The notes beneath the pieces were generated by a model, which saw only the letters and a list, made by a program, of their open reading frames with translations, searched no databases and had not been told where the DNA came from. 64,000 nt of DNA, taken from the NCBI GenBank assembly GCA_018509705.1, contig GCA_018509705.1_3630.1. The stretch is one strand, 5' to 3'. Positions 37,164-46,258 of this stretch are shown in pieces. The stretch is from a phage. Position numbers and translations under genes: made by a program. How positions within the stretch are numbered: the first letter of the stretch is position 1; each line of letters opens with the position of its first letter.

Positions 37164-37633
37164 CGATGTTTGTTAAATATGTAAAAACGTGCCTCAACAG
37201 CCTTGGCAGAGAGCATTGGTACACCTTGCTTGAAAAAGGAGAAATTTTAACAAAATCTGGAAAGATAACTTTGATACCTCTTGATAGTAAAGGTAAAGAC
37301 CCGTCACGACTTGTTATAGATGATTACGTTACAGGTGTGACGTTCGAGGTCTCTGTGGAGAGGTTAATACGCAGAGCTGGCGGCCCTTATGACCGAAGAG
37401 AGTATGTTTTCGATTCCGTTACAGAGATGGGGGAGCATCCGTCTTTAATGTTCAGGATGGTAATCAGAGATATGAGGTCATCTATAGATAGGATCGTAAA
37501 GGACATTAAGGAACCTTTTAGAGTAAAAGTTAAGAAGTTTTTCGATTCTAAGATTAACATACTCGCCGTTGCACTAGGTGTAGTTCAACTTCTGTTAATT
37601 TTGCACTATTTTGAACTACTATTTAAGTGGTAG
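37160..37633 (+). CDS. hypothetical protein with C-terminal TM helix
   Basis: ORF track; C-terminus ILAVALGVVQLLLILHYF. Confidence 0.4.
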   Translation: MTMFVKYVKTCLNSLGREHWYTLLEKGEILTKSGKITLIPLDSKGKDPSRLVIDDYVTGVTFEVSVERLIRRAGGPYDRREYVFDSVTEMGEHPSLMFRMVIRDMRSSIDRIVKDIKEPFRVKVKKFFDSKINILAVALGVVQLLLILHYFELLFKW

Positions 37634-37692
37634 TTGAGATATGGCACAAAGGATGTGCCATAGTGAAATAAACTAAGAAAGAGGTAGAGAGA

Positions 37693-38040
37693 ATGCCAAA
37701 GATTAAAACGTTATTACTGTGGGTAGCTGTTTTAGCTTTTATAGGGTACTGGACTTGGGAAACTGAATTAAAAGATATCGGATATACCAGTCTTGAGAGC
37801 AAGGCGTGCATTGGCATAACCGATGCGTTCAGGCAAAATGCTATGGATCACGAATGTGTTGATGCAGATATAGATGAGAAACTGTCTAAGGACAAAGATT
37901 TTTACCATGGGCATGCTTTACTTGATAGTGGTGACACTGTAGAGTTCTGGTCGTGGTTTCGTGAAGATGGAACAATAAAAACAGCAGTAAAGATCTCTAA
38001 CAAAGAGTTAATGCTGTTGCAGCAAAAGGAGGCTCAATGA
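37693..38040 (+). CDS. hypothetical protein with N-terminal TM/signal segment
   Basis: MPKIKTLLLWVAVLAFIGYW. Confidence 0.4.
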   Translation: MPKIKTLLLWVAVLAFIGYWTWETELKDIGYTSLESKACIGITDAFRQNAMDHECVDADIDEKLSKDKDFYHGHALLDSGDTVEFWSWFREDGTIKTAVKISNKELMLLQQKEAQ

Positions 38041-38324
38041 TCTGGATATCCTATGCTGATGGCACCATGCTGTATACTGCAGGTACCAGATATGAAGTTC
38101 AGGAGAACGATAAAAAATTTATCGTAAAAACATTTGACAAGGACGACAACCTTTTGCTAGAATTGACTTCCAAAGTTGGAGAGGTATCCAATATCCAGTT
38201 GGATTGTGGTCATAAAGATAATCCACTCAAAAAACCTGGAGTAGGTAAGGCTTCAGAAGAACGTCTGTCTCGTATTGCAGAAAGCGTTTCTCCCCAAAAA
38301 TCTAAGAAGAGGACTAGAAAATGA
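38037..38324 (+). CDS. hypothetical protein
   Basis: ORF track. Confidence 0.4.
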   Translation: MIWISYADGTMLYTAGTRYEVQENDKKFIVKTFDKDDNLLLELTSKVGEVSNIQLDCGHKDNPLKKPGVGKASEERLSRIAESVSPQKSKKRTRK

Positions 38325-38515
38325 AAAACTTACGTTTTAACACTTATTACTACAACACATTGAATGATTTGTATTATATTGTTCGAAGTAAAAGTCCTGA
38401 AACAGTCCTATTCTGCCGCGAACCTTTCAAAGGGGAGGAAGTAGAGTCTGAGATGAATGTTAGCCAGATCACCTCTTTGTTGCTCTCAGGCGCAATGGAA
38501 GAAGCAATATTCTAA
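38321..38515 (+). CDS. hypothetical small protein
   Basis: ORF track. Confidence 0.35.
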   Translation: MKNLRFNTYYYNTLNDLYYIVRSKSPETVLFCREPFKGEEVESEMNVSQITSLLLSGAMEEAIF

Positions 38516-38533
38516 ACCAGGCGGGAGGGTTTT

Positions 38534-38719
38534 ATGAAGCACTATTGCCTGTCTGGTAGAATGGGTGCAGATTGTGATTGGGTTTTCTTAAAACTTGTCA
38601 GCATTCGAGAGTTCATCCCAGAGGAAGAGCAAGAAAGCGAGCTGATGTCATGGATCAACCACTACGGTAACACTTTTCGGCATGTTAAGGTAGAAGAGTT
38701 GCCAAGCGAGGCTGATTGA
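38534..38719 (+). CDS. hypothetical small protein
   Basis: GGGAGGG RBS. Confidence 0.4.
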   Translation: MKHYCLSGRMGADCDWVFLKLVSIREFIPEEEQESELMSWINHYGNTFRHVKVEELPSEAD

Positions 38720-38721
38720 CT

Positions 38722-38811
38722 ATGATTGCATCAATATTAACGTTTATGGGTGGCGTGGCATTCGGATTCATTGTTTGCCTGTTTATAGTGATTATGTCTA
38801 TGCGAGGCTGA
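38722..38811 (+). CDS. micro-ORF, 29-aa hydrophobic peptide
   Basis: MIASILTFMGGVAFGFIVCLFIVIMSMRG; packed between flanking genes. Confidence 0.3.
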   Translation: MIASILTFMGGVAFGFIVCLFIVIMSMRG

Positions 38812-38814
38812 ATT

Positions 38815-39111
38815 ATGAAACTTTTTGAGTGGTTTAAAAAGTTTAAATATAAAGCTGTAGCCATCGTGCCGTGGTCCATTCAGTGGGTTGATGAAGGTGG
38901 TCTACCGATACCTGGTGACAAAGATACTGGGTACTGGATTATGATGGAGAACGGGTTTGGAAAGCGAAAGTATACGTGCACAAACTCTACTCGATCTGCA
39001 CTTAATAGAGTACCTGGTTACAAACTTATGGTTGTGTGGAAAATGTCAGGCGTGCCTCCAGCCAATGCTCAATTTCTTACTGACAATCCGACCACGGTAG
39101 AGGGAGATTGA
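38815..39111 (+). CDS. hypothetical protein
   Basis: ORF track. Confidence 0.4.
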   Translation: MKLFEWFKKFKYKAVAIVPWSIQWVDEGGLPIPGDKDTGYWIMMENGFGKRKYTCTNSTRSALNRVPGYKLMVVWKMSGVPPANAQFLTDNPTTVEGD

Positions 39112-39395
39112 TAATGAAAAAGATTAACAGTAGTGAAGTAGAGTTTAAACTTGTCGGAAAAGGCACTTACTGGGAAGTTCGTCAAAAGGTATATTTGTTC
39201 GGTCTTATTCCCTACTGGTCTAAATTCTACTGGGGAGCTAACGAGTTGGGAAGATACGCCACCAAATCAATGGCACTTATTGGTATAGCAGAGTACATTG
39301 CAGCCCGAGACAGGGTTGGAACCACTTATTACTACACTGCTGACGATATTCGTAACAGTGTTTACGTCCCACAACCGCCTGAGGGAGACCGTTGA
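39108..39395 (+). CDS. hypothetical protein
   Basis: ORF track. Confidence 0.4.
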   Translation: MIMKKINSSEVEFKLVGKGTYWEVRQKVYLFGLIPYWSKFYWGANELGRYATKSMALIGIAEYIAARDRVGTTYYYTADDIRNSVYVPQPPEGDR

Positions 39396-39619
39396 TGAAA
39401 GTTAAAGTTTTAGATTCAAGCTTCTATATTGGTCAGGAGCCCTTAGTGGGGAAAGTGTTTACCGCTATCCCTAACGAAGATTATCCTGACCTTTTAAAAA
39501 TAAAAGGTGCAGATCTTATTGCCGCTGGTGCATCTCAGGACTGCTTTGACAGTCAGTGGACCTACAACTTTGCCCTTGGTGAGGATGTAGAGATAGTGGA
39601 GGACGATCATGAAGGTTAA
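39392..39619 (+). CDS. small acidic protein, family-A paralogue
   Basis: MKVKVLDSSFYIGQEPLVGKV...GADLIAAGA. Confidence 0.5.
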   Translation: MMKVKVLDSSFYIGQEPLVGKVFTAIPNEDYPDLLKIKGADLIAAGASQDCFDSQWTYNFALGEDVEIVEDDHEG

Positions 39620-39863
39620 AATTCTTGATTCTAACGTCTACTTGGGACAATCCTTCCTGAAGGGAAAGGTCGTTCCTGCGGTATACTTTGAAGGGTTGCC
39701 GTGGGATGATCCTGTGCGGCAACATCACAGTTATGTAGGCCACAACGTGGTGTTTATCTTGGGATCAGACCTGATCGCTGCTGGTGCACCGGAATATTAT
39801 TTCGGGGAAGAGTCCTATTATGCCTTTGGGGCAGGGTCAGATGCAGATATTGTAGAGCTGTGA
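39609..39863 (+). CDS. small acidic protein, family-A paralogue
   Basis: MKVKILDSNVYLGQSFLKGKV...GSDLIAAGA. Confidence 0.5.
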   Translation: MKVKILDSNVYLGQSFLKGKVVPAVYFEGLPWDDPVRQHHSYVGHNVVFILGSDLIAAGAPEYYFGEESYYAFGAGSDADIVEL

Positions 39864-40274
39864 TTGGTAACCGTTGTGAAAAATAAACTGTTCAAAGTTA
39901 CAATGAAAATTCGCGGAGCTTGGAGCGTAAAGCAAGGGCGTATCCCAGAATTTGAGAAAGACTTCTACGTAGTCTCCACCTCGGAGGAGGCTGCATGCTG
40001 GCAGGCTGGCTATGCCTATGCAAGAACCTGGTACGAAGGATACCAGACCGGGGGATATGACGGAGAAATTATCAGCAAAGGTGTGGAAGAAATTAATGTG
40101 TTGACAAGTGAAAAAGTTTTTGTTATAGTGCACCCAGATTCTAGAGTGAAGCATTACTGGAATGCCAGAACAAAAACTTGGACACCGTTTGCAGATTCTG
40201 CTACACCACTTTTAAACCAGAAAGCTCTTGACTCTGTCCCGAGCTATGGGGTTGTTGAAGAAAAGCTAAACTGA
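39864..40274 (+). CDS. hypothetical protein, family-B paralogue
   Basis: Shares ...HYWNARTKTWTP... with 42081-42476; non-ATG start likely. Confidence 0.45.
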   Translation: MVTVVKNKLFKVTMKIRGAWSVKQGRIPEFEKDFYVVSTSEEAACWQAGYAYARTWYEGYQTGGYDGEIISKGVEEINVLTSEKVFVIVHPDSRVKHYWNARTKTWTPFADSATPLLNQKALDSVPSYGVVEEKLN

Positions 40275-40291
40275 AACGGTGAGGTACTAAC

Positions 40292-40582
40292 ATGATGGAT
40301 TTAGTTCTAGACACTGATAACACCGGAGCGTTTAAAAAGGATGGTGTAACAAGCGTTGACCAATCATTCCCTGCCAAGATTGACTCAAAATGGACCTACA
40401 AGTTTGATGGAGAGATCTTCGCAAATGATGAGAAGGTTGTAGATGCTGCAGCCATTTTGAACGCTCTAGGGTACGACCCTGTGAATTCTTTGATCAAGGA
40501 TCCTGTTGAGTTTGCAGAGTATGTTCGAAAAATGGCAGATCTTGCTGTGGATATTTTAAAAACTATCGACAACAATCTGTAA
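40292..40582 (+). CDS. hypothetical small acidic protein
   Basis: ORF track. Confidence 0.4.
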   Translation: MMDLVLDTDNTGAFKKDGVTSVDQSFPAKIDSKWTYKFDGEIFANDEKVVDAAAILNALGYDPVNSLIKDPVEFAEYVRKMADLAVDILKTIDNNL

Positions 40583-40588
40583 AAACTG

Positions 40589-40617
40589 TTGACACAACGC
40601 TTCAGATTTAGTATCAT
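40589..40617 (+). promoter_or_regulatory. sigma70-like promoter followed by leader hairpin 40626-40646
   Basis: TTGACA-17nt-TATCAT then AGAGGG-TTTGGTT-CCCTCT hairpin. Confidence 0.5.
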
Positions 40618-40664
40618 TGTTTTCAAAGAGGGTTTGGTTCCCTCTTCTTTAAAAGGAACACGTT

Positions 40665-40982
40665 ATGCAAATTGAAATCACTGGCAACGTAGAAATCACT
40701 GAAGGTATGGTGTCTTTCATTTCCCACAAAATGTCTAAGCTGGAGCGTTTGCATCCCTCTGCCAACTATGCACGTGTGAGTGTAAAAGTTGAAAATGATC
40801 ACCAGGAAGTTATGGCGTTCATTTTTGACAATTCTGGAAAAGAAGTTATTGCCAAAGCTAAAGGCAGTGATGCTTACGAGGCAACTGACCGTATGGTAGA
40901 TGTTGCAGCACGTCAACTGGCTAAATGCGGTGGAAAGAAAGGTAAGGGGAAAGGCAAAGTAAAGATTGACTTTAGAGAATGA
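40665..40982 (+). CDS. ribosome hibernation factor homologue (HPF/RaiA/YfiA fold) with Gly/Lys-rich tail
   Basis: MQIEITGNVEITEGM...KLERL...YEATDRMVDVAARQLAK matches HPF/YfiA pattern. Confidence 0.55.
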   Translation: MQIEITGNVEITEGMVSFISHKMSKLERLHPSANYARVSVKVENDHQEVMAFIFDNSGKEVIAKAKGSDAYEATDRMVDVAARQLAKCGGKKGKGKGKVKIDFRE

Positions 40983-40991
40983 GGTGCTACA

Positions 40992-41093
40992 ATGGGTGTG
41001 ATCAAGAAATTAGTCCCAAATGTAGAGATTGCATGCTTTGAAATTATGTTTGCAATCGCAGTTGTAGTTAATGTGTTAGGTTACGGCTATTAA
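40992..41093 (+). CDS. micro-ORF, 33-aa hydrophobic peptide
   Basis: GAGGTG RBS; MGVIKKLVPNVEIACFEIMFAIAVVVNVLGYGY. Confidence 0.3.
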   Translation: MGVIKKLVPNVEIACFEIMFAIAVVVNVLGYGY

Positions 41094-41119
41094 TATCAAA
41101 TAATTGAGGAGACCTCTAA

Positions 41120-41389
41120 ATGAAAATTAAATTATTCAAAACTGAGCTGGCAGACAAAAACTGTGGACTGGTTGAAGGTATGATTGTCGAAGCACAACCA
41201 GTTGACTATATGAAGGTGGTTCGTGATGCCCTGGGTGAAGGTTTTGATCTGATGGAGCCAGCTCTGCGAGAAGATGTTATCGAGATGGCTAAAAAGCACA
41301 CACCTGAAGGCATGGTGGTGTTTGTTGCACCGGGTAACGGAGAAGAGTTGATTGTAACTCCGGATGTGTATGAGATTGTAGAGGAATAA
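41120..41389 (+). CDS. small acidic protein, family-A-like
   Basis: MKIKLFKTEL..., ends EIVEE. Confidence 0.45.
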   Translation: MKIKLFKTELADKNCGLVEGMIVEAQPVDYMKVVRDALGEGFDLMEPALREDVIEMAKKHTPEGMVVFVAPGNGEELIVTPDVYEIVEE

Positions 41390-41480
41390 TCCTGCTTGGA
41401 TTAGCATACTTCCTCGATAAGGAAGGTTTGTAATTATTTGTGGGAAAGGAATCCCAATCTCTTACCAGAGGTGATACTAT

Positions 41481-41744
41481 ATGATTGTTTATTTTAAAAC
41501 TTCAGGTGGATACCCTGATTCTCAAAGCTTGATCGGAAAAACGTGCACAGCATACTCACCTCTTGATGAGGAGGTAGGCGATATTCTACGAAATATGTAT
41601 CGGATTGATCCTCAAGAAGCTTTTGATCAAAACCTTGTATTTGTCAAGGGCTCAGACATGAAGTCTTTGGGAGCATTCCCTGAAGCAGATGATGATGCCG
41701 TTTATTCGTTCATGACCCCTTTTGAAGCTATGGTTGTTGGGTGA
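41481..41744 (+). CDS. small acidic protein, family-A-like
   Basis: ...LVFVKGSDMKSLGA... Confidence 0.45.
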   Translation: MIVYFKTSGGYPDSQSLIGKTCTAYSPLDEEVGDILRNMYRIDPQEAFDQNLVFVKGSDMKSLGAFPEADDDAVYSFMTPFEAMVVG

Positions 41745-41748
41745 TAAT

Positions 41749-42081
41749 ATGAAAGTACGCTTTATTGGTGAAACAATTCCTGTGCATCTCCGGTCGCCTG
41801 AGGATTCTGCAGATCTTGCATCTCAAAAGGCGAGAGGTTATGATAAGAAAGTAACCTCAACTGATGTAGTGCTTGAGGCTACTAGTCTACCTGACCCTGC
41901 TGCATTCTTTAATCATTATGGGTACTATTTCAGCAATCTGATGAATATCGGTGAGCTTGTGTTTATTAGTGGTGGAGAGATTGTTAGCAAGCTTGGCGGC
42001 GATCCGGATGTCTTTCATGAAACCTGTCCTTTTGCATTTGTGGTAGGTTCAGATGTGGAAGTTATTGAGGAGGTGCGGTAA
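41749..42081 (+). CDS. small acidic protein, family-A-like
   Basis: MKVRFIGE..., ends VIEEVR. Confidence 0.45.
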   Translation: MKVRFIGETIPVHLRSPEDSADLASQKARGYDKKVTSTDVVLEATSLPDPAAFFNHYGYYFSNLMNIGELVFISGGEIVSKLGGDPDVFHETCPFAFVVGSDVEVIEEVR

Positions 42082-42476
42082 TGGTAAGCCTATACCGTGT
42101 TGAGTATAGCTCAGATACTGTATACAACGTAAGAAGCAAAGATCGCAGCGACAGAGTGCAAGAAATGTATGTTCTTGCCGACAGTCCGTTATCTGCAGCG
42201 TTCAAGGCAGGGGCTCTTGCATCTCGTTGGAAATTTGAAGGCGGATCTTTCTATGAAGAAACCCTTGAAGATTCTGTTGTTATTTCTTCTGTAGAGGTTT
42301 CAGATGACTACGAAGGGAAAAAGTTCGTAATGCGGCACCCACACAGCAACATTGCGTACTACTGGGATGTTCTGAACAACGAGTGGACCCCAGATCTTCA
42401 GAAGGCTACTGTGCTAACACCGTTTTTGGCAGATAAGTTCCCACCAGAAGGTAATTTATCCGCACTGTTTCAGTAA
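42081..42476 (+). CDS. hypothetical protein, family-B paralogue
   Basis: Shares ...YYWDVLNNEWTP... with 39864-40274. Confidence 0.45.
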   Translation: MVSLYRVEYSSDTVYNVRSKDRSDRVQEMYVLADSPLSAAFKAGALASRWKFEGGSFYEETLEDSVVISSVEVSDDYEGKKFVMRHPHSNIAYYWDVLNNEWTPDLQKATVLTPFLADKFPPEGNLSALFQ

Positions 42477-42494
42477 TTTTCTTGCACACAGGTG

Positions 42495-42525
42495 TTGACA
42501 ACGCCAACCCTGTGTGAAATAATAC
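42495..42525 (+). promoter_or_regulatory. sigma70-like promoter with -35 embedded in inverted repeat
   Basis: CACACAGG-tgTTGACAacgccaac-CCTGTGTG then AATAAT. Confidence 0.45.
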
Positions 42526-42555
42526 CTTCATCTTAACAAGACAGGAGACCGATTG

Positions 42556-42813
42556 ATGAAGATTAAATTGAAAAACCTTGAAACGGCAGAGATTCAGGAC
42601 GGTGTTGATTTCCGTTCTAAAGATGGTGACATCTTAGAGGTAAATATTCCAACCTACGAGCTGATTAAAGGTTTTGGCAACGTTCAGGAAGAGGATATTA
42701 CAGAAATTCTTATGATGTTGATTCTTGACGGAACTGTGTTTGTAGGTGAAGGTGAGAACGCTATTGCAATCCCAGGCCATTTTTATGAAGTAGTTGACGA
42801 AGAGGTGCTGTAA
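42556..42813 (+). CDS. small acidic protein, family-A-like
   Basis: MKIKLKNL..., ends EVVDEEVL. Confidence 0.45.
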   Translation: MKIKLKNLETAEIQDGVDFRSKDGDILEVNIPTYELIKGFGNVQEEDITEILMMLILDGTVFVGEGENAIAIPGHFYEVVDEEVL

Positions 42814-43164
42814 ATGAAAGTAGAAATTACTGGTTTTGATGTTAATGTGGTTCCGGAAGATATTTTAGCTAAACTTCCGGAAGGTTTTGGTAACGGTGTT
42901 GTGGTGGATGCTGTTCCTCCTACTAAAGACATTCTGCTGCAGTATGGTGTAGCAGAGGAAGATGTCGATAAAGTTCTTACAATGATGGCAATCAATCGTG
43001 TTGTCGTTGTTAAAGGTCTCGATAATTTTGAGAGTGATCCACTGATTATTCGTGGAGATGACTACAAAATCATCGATAATGAAGGCCAAGAGTTCTATGA
43101 GCCTTGTGCAGAAGATATTCTTAACTTATTACTGGAAGCAGGCACCGAAGAGGAGGACGAATAA
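42814..43164 (+). CDS. small acidic protein, family-A-like
   Basis: MKVEITGFD..., tail TEEEDE. Confidence 0.45.
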   Translation: MKVEITGFDVNVVPEDILAKLPEGFGNGVVVDAVPPTKDILLQYGVAEEDVDKVLTMMAINRVVVVKGLDNFESDPLIIRGDDYKIIDNEGQEFYEPCAEDILNLLLEAGTEEEDE

Positions 43165-43493
43165 TGAAGATTGACCCGTTACTGAAGGCTCGTGCAGAAA
43201 AAGCGTACACCATTAAGTTGACCAACTTGGTTCCTACTTGTCATCCGGATGTAGGTTGGCCCGAAGGTTTGGTGGAGGGAACTGTAACAGCTGCATACCT
43301 TCCTAACATCAAATACCTCATGGAAATCTTGGAGCTGGATGAGGAAACGGCAGAAGAGTTCCAGTTGGACATGAAACAAAGTGGGACTCTGGTTATTCAC
43401 GGGTGGTACAATACTAAAGATGCAGAAGACCCTCTGGTAACTTCTAATCTGGCATATGAAATCTTAGGGCCTTTGAACCTGGAGGAAGACTAA
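43164..43493 (+). CDS. small acidic protein, family-A-like
   Basis: MKIDPLLK..., tail LNLEED. Confidence 0.4.
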   Translation: MKIDPLLKARAEKAYTIKLTNLVPTCHPDVGWPEGLVEGTVTAAYLPNIKYLMEILELDEETAEEFQLDMKQSGTLVIHGWYNTKDAEDPLVTSNLAYEILGPLNLEED

Positions 43494-43780
43494 TGAAAGA
43501 TCTGGTTAAGATTAAGATTAAAGATACCAATGGAGAACTCAGCCATTTTGGAATTAATGATGGTGACGAGCTGATCGCACACCTGCCTACCAAGGAGGTT
43601 GTAAGCAAAGCAGTTGCCGGAGAAGAAGCTGCAATGCAGGCTGCAGGTGTGGATGAAAACTATGTAGCTATGTGCATGTGCCGAGATCAGGTTGTTCTGT
43701 ATAAAGCGTATCGACCAAACGGAGCCACGGAGTGGCTTGTATTCCGACCCGAAGGATATGAAATCTTAGAGGCACTATGA
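43493..43780 (+). CDS. small protein, family-A-like
   Basis: MKDLVKIKIKD... Confidence 0.4.
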   Translation: MKDLVKIKIKDTNGELSHFGINDGDELIAHLPTKEVVSKAVAGEEAAMQAAGVDENYVAMCMCRDQVVLYKAYRPNGATEWLVFRPEGYEILEAL

Positions 43781-43869
43781 TAAATCTTGCCAAGGTTGCA
43801 ACGGCACTGTTAATTATTTGCTGGTCAGTAACCTTAACACTGTGTCTTGTATTTCAGTGAGGTGCTTGT

Positions 43870-44133
43870 ATGAACATCCTGATGTGGGTTATAGCAGTGG
43901 CGTTTGTTGCATGTTTTTGCTGCTGGGTTGCGGTGAGGATTTCTGTAGCTACCCTTCGGAAGTTGGGGTTCTCAGAATGGGATATTAATATCCTTTCTTT
44001 TCGCAATGAAACAATCTCAGCCGCCCTGCTTTGTAAGAAATTTAAGTGGGAACCTTGTGAGGTCATGAGCTATCTAAGAACAGGCGATATCCCTGAAAGA
44101 TTTAAAAAAGTTCTTGACGGCAAGGATAAATGA
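43870..44133 (+). CDS. small membrane protein
   Basis: N-terminal TM MNILMWVIAVAFVACFCCWVAV. Confidence 0.4.
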   Translation: MNILMWVIAVAFVACFCCWVAVRISVATLRKLGFSEWDINILSFRNETISAALLCKKFKWEPCEVMSYLRTGDIPERFKKVLDGKDK

Positions 44134-44289
44134 CAGTATAGTGACTAACAAGAGGTGAGGGGTGACTGATTTTACTGAAGCTTTAATGACGGCCTTGTCT
44201 GTTTTAGCGCTATCGGTGTGTTTTGGGGCGTTATTCACATCTCTGGTTAAAGTTTTACATACAGTATTATTACCCAAGGAGCGCAGTAA

Positions 44290-44540
44290 TGACGAAGATT
44301 GACTTGAATGCTGGTGATCATGTTGTTGTCAAATGCGTTGGAGATTATCTTGGATTCACAATCGGCAATACTTACGAGGCGGTAGTGGCGAAGGTTTATC
44401 ATGATAAAGTCCTCAGTCTTGTATTTGACTGTGATGATGACGGAGATGACCGTTACGTCTGTGAGGTGCTGGCTCGTGACGATAGTGAAGACCAGAAATT
44501 CCTGGTTATTGAACTGAACGGTATTTTTGTAGAACGTTAA
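44290..44540 (+). CDS. hypothetical small acidic protein
   Basis: AAGGAG RBS then ATG 44290. Confidence 0.4.
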
Positions 44541-44568
44541 TTTAAAACAACATAAGGAGACTCTTACT

Positions 44569-44874
44569 ATGGCTAAATCTAAAGTTGAACTGTTCACCTC
44601 TCTTCCTTCTGACACTGCAGAACGTGATCGCCTTCGCAAAACAATTGAAGAACTGGTGGAACTCCAGCTTCAGATTAAAGATTTGAAAGATGCCATCAAG
44701 GATATCATTCTTGTTGAGAAGCAGGATCATCTGTATTCTCCTAAATTCATCAAATCTCTGGTGGCTACCGAGTTCGATATTCGCTATGAGGCTGAAAAAC
44801 GTCGCGCTAAAATCGAAGAAGAGGTTGAGCACATGTCTGAGGCAGACATTCTGTTCAAACGCTCTGTAGAATAA
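44569..44874 (+). CDS. hypothetical coiled-coil protein
   Basis: AAGGAGA RBS; charged heptad-like sequence. Confidence 0.45.
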   Translation: MAKSKVELFTSLPSDTAERDRLRKTIEELVELQLQIKDLKDAIKDIILVEKQDHLYSPKFIKSLVATEFDIRYEAEKRRAKIEEEVEHMSEADILFKRSVE

Positions 44875-44880
44875 TGACAA

Positions 44881-44907
44881 AGAGGGGGGCTTGGGCCCCT
44901 CTTTTTA
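44881..44907 (+). terminator. Rho-independent terminator
   Basis: GAGGGGGGC-TTG-GGCCCCTCT then TTTTT. Confidence 0.65.
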
Positions 44908-44929
44908 CTATCTATGAAGGAGATTTGAG

Positions 44930-45256
44930 ATGGGTATACCGATTACTGTAAAAGAGCTAAATGAACGTGATGCAGGTGGTCTATGGCCTGCACGAAAAAT
45001 CCGCTGCGTCTATATGAAAGAGAATCTTGAACATCTTGATCAACAGATAAAGGTCGGCGATATTTTCGAGGTCTTCTATTCCAATCGGCGCAACTGGGAA
45101 ACCATTCAGCCTTCTGGTTTTGTTCTTGCCAAACTTGACACTGGAGAAGTGATTATCCCTGGGTTGGATATTGTCTTCGAAATTATCCAGGAGTGGGATC
45201 CGGATAAGATTAGATACGAAGAATTATTCGGTAAAGGTATTATCAAACCTGTGTGA
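44930..45256 (+). CDS. hypothetical protein
   Basis: ORF track; GAAGGAG RBS. Confidence 0.45.
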   Translation: MGIPITVKELNERDAGGLWPARKIRCVYMKENLEHLDQQIKVGDIFEVFYSNRRNWETIQPSGFVLAKLDTGEVIIPGLDIVFEIIQEWDPDKIRYEELFGKGIIKPV

Positions 45257-45274
45257 GGTGGATTATGTCTACAA

Positions 45275-45564
45275 AGGCGGCTAAATACTCCTATATGCCA
45301 TCAACCTCTGCAGAGGTAGACTTTAGTTTCGATGTGTTTCCACTGTTTGAGGTGGTTCTGGCATACCCAACAATACTATCTACTCCTGAATCACTTGTGC
45401 CTGTTAAGTTGCAGAACGCTATGCATTCTATGCACTACAACAATAAATGTAGGCACAGATGGTGTCAGGACGAGGAGAGAGATTTGGATAGTTTGAGAGA
45501 TTTTGACAGTCACCTTTTGACACCTTTCAGCTACTCCAACCTTGATAAGCCTTCATGGGTATAG
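45275..45564 (+). CDS. hypothetical protein
   Basis: ORF track (start at ATG 45275). Confidence 0.4.
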
Positions 45565-45588
45565 CAAAATATCAAATTTAAGACACCT

Positions 45589-45616
45589 AGGACGCTCTGT
45601 GGCGTCCTTTTCTTTA
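45589..45616 (+). terminator. Rho-independent terminator
   Basis: AGGACGC-TCTGTG-GCGTCCT then TTTCTTT. Confidence 0.65.
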
Positions 45617-45777
45617 TATGGTGCACGATTGCATACCTTGGACAAATAATCTCGTTACAGAGCGTTTAAGGACGGTCTACAAACAAATCTCTCTTTCGAG
45701 CGTAGCGAGAACGCACGTCCGTTTTGACCCAAATCACCATACGCTCGGATTTTAACCAAACCCTCGCGGCGTTTCTG

Positions 45778-45806
45778 TTGACACATTACCGCTCCAGTGA
45801 TAGTAT
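45778..45806 (+). promoter_or_regulatory. sigma70-like promoter
   Basis: TTGACA-17nt-TAGTAT. Confidence 0.45.
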
Positions 45807-45838
45807 CCACACATAGTTTGTAGAATATGGAGTACACA

Positions 45839-45928
45839 ATGAGAACATTGTCCGAAGTTTTAGTGGTGATCCTGATGATTATTACGTCCATAGCGGCTGT
45901 TGCCGGAATACTCACGGGTGGAACATGA
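45839..45928 (+). CDS. micro-ORF, 29-aa hydrophobic peptide
   Basis: TGGAG RBS; MRTLSEVLVVILMIITSIAAVAGILTGGT; stop overlaps next ATG. Confidence 0.3.
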   Translation: MRTLSEVLVVILMIITSIAAVAGILTGGT

Positions 45929-46137
45929 TCAACACACATGCATCTGAAGAGACATCCGAAGGAGTGACCATATGTCCCTTGGCTGATCCAGTGAAAGAGG
46001 AAAACTTCGATTCTGAAGATTCTCCATCTTCGCTCCAGGTAGATCCTGAGGCTGATGATCTAACGTGGGAAGACATCGTAGACATCTGGTTCTCTATTAT
46101 GCCTGAGCACGAAGAGTTCAGGGGTGGTAGACTATGA
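45925..46137 (+). CDS. hypothetical small acidic protein
   Basis: ORF track. Confidence 0.35.
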   Translation: MINTHASEETSEGVTICPLADPVKEENFDSEDSPSSLQVDPEADDLTWEDIVDIWFSIMPEHEEFRGGRL

Positions 46138-46258
46138 AGCACCGAGCCCACACAGGTTCCTCATGCTAAAGCATGGCCTGAAGAGGCAAACGTGCATAAT
46201 TCCAGTGCATTGGAACGTATAAAACCCAGTTCACACTCTCATTTCCAGAGGAGATTTC

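Noticed and set aside
45655-45939. 94-aa minus-strand ORF
   Set aside because: Conflicts with a plus-strand promoter, micro-ORF and terminator in the same interval, which fit the local gene direction better.
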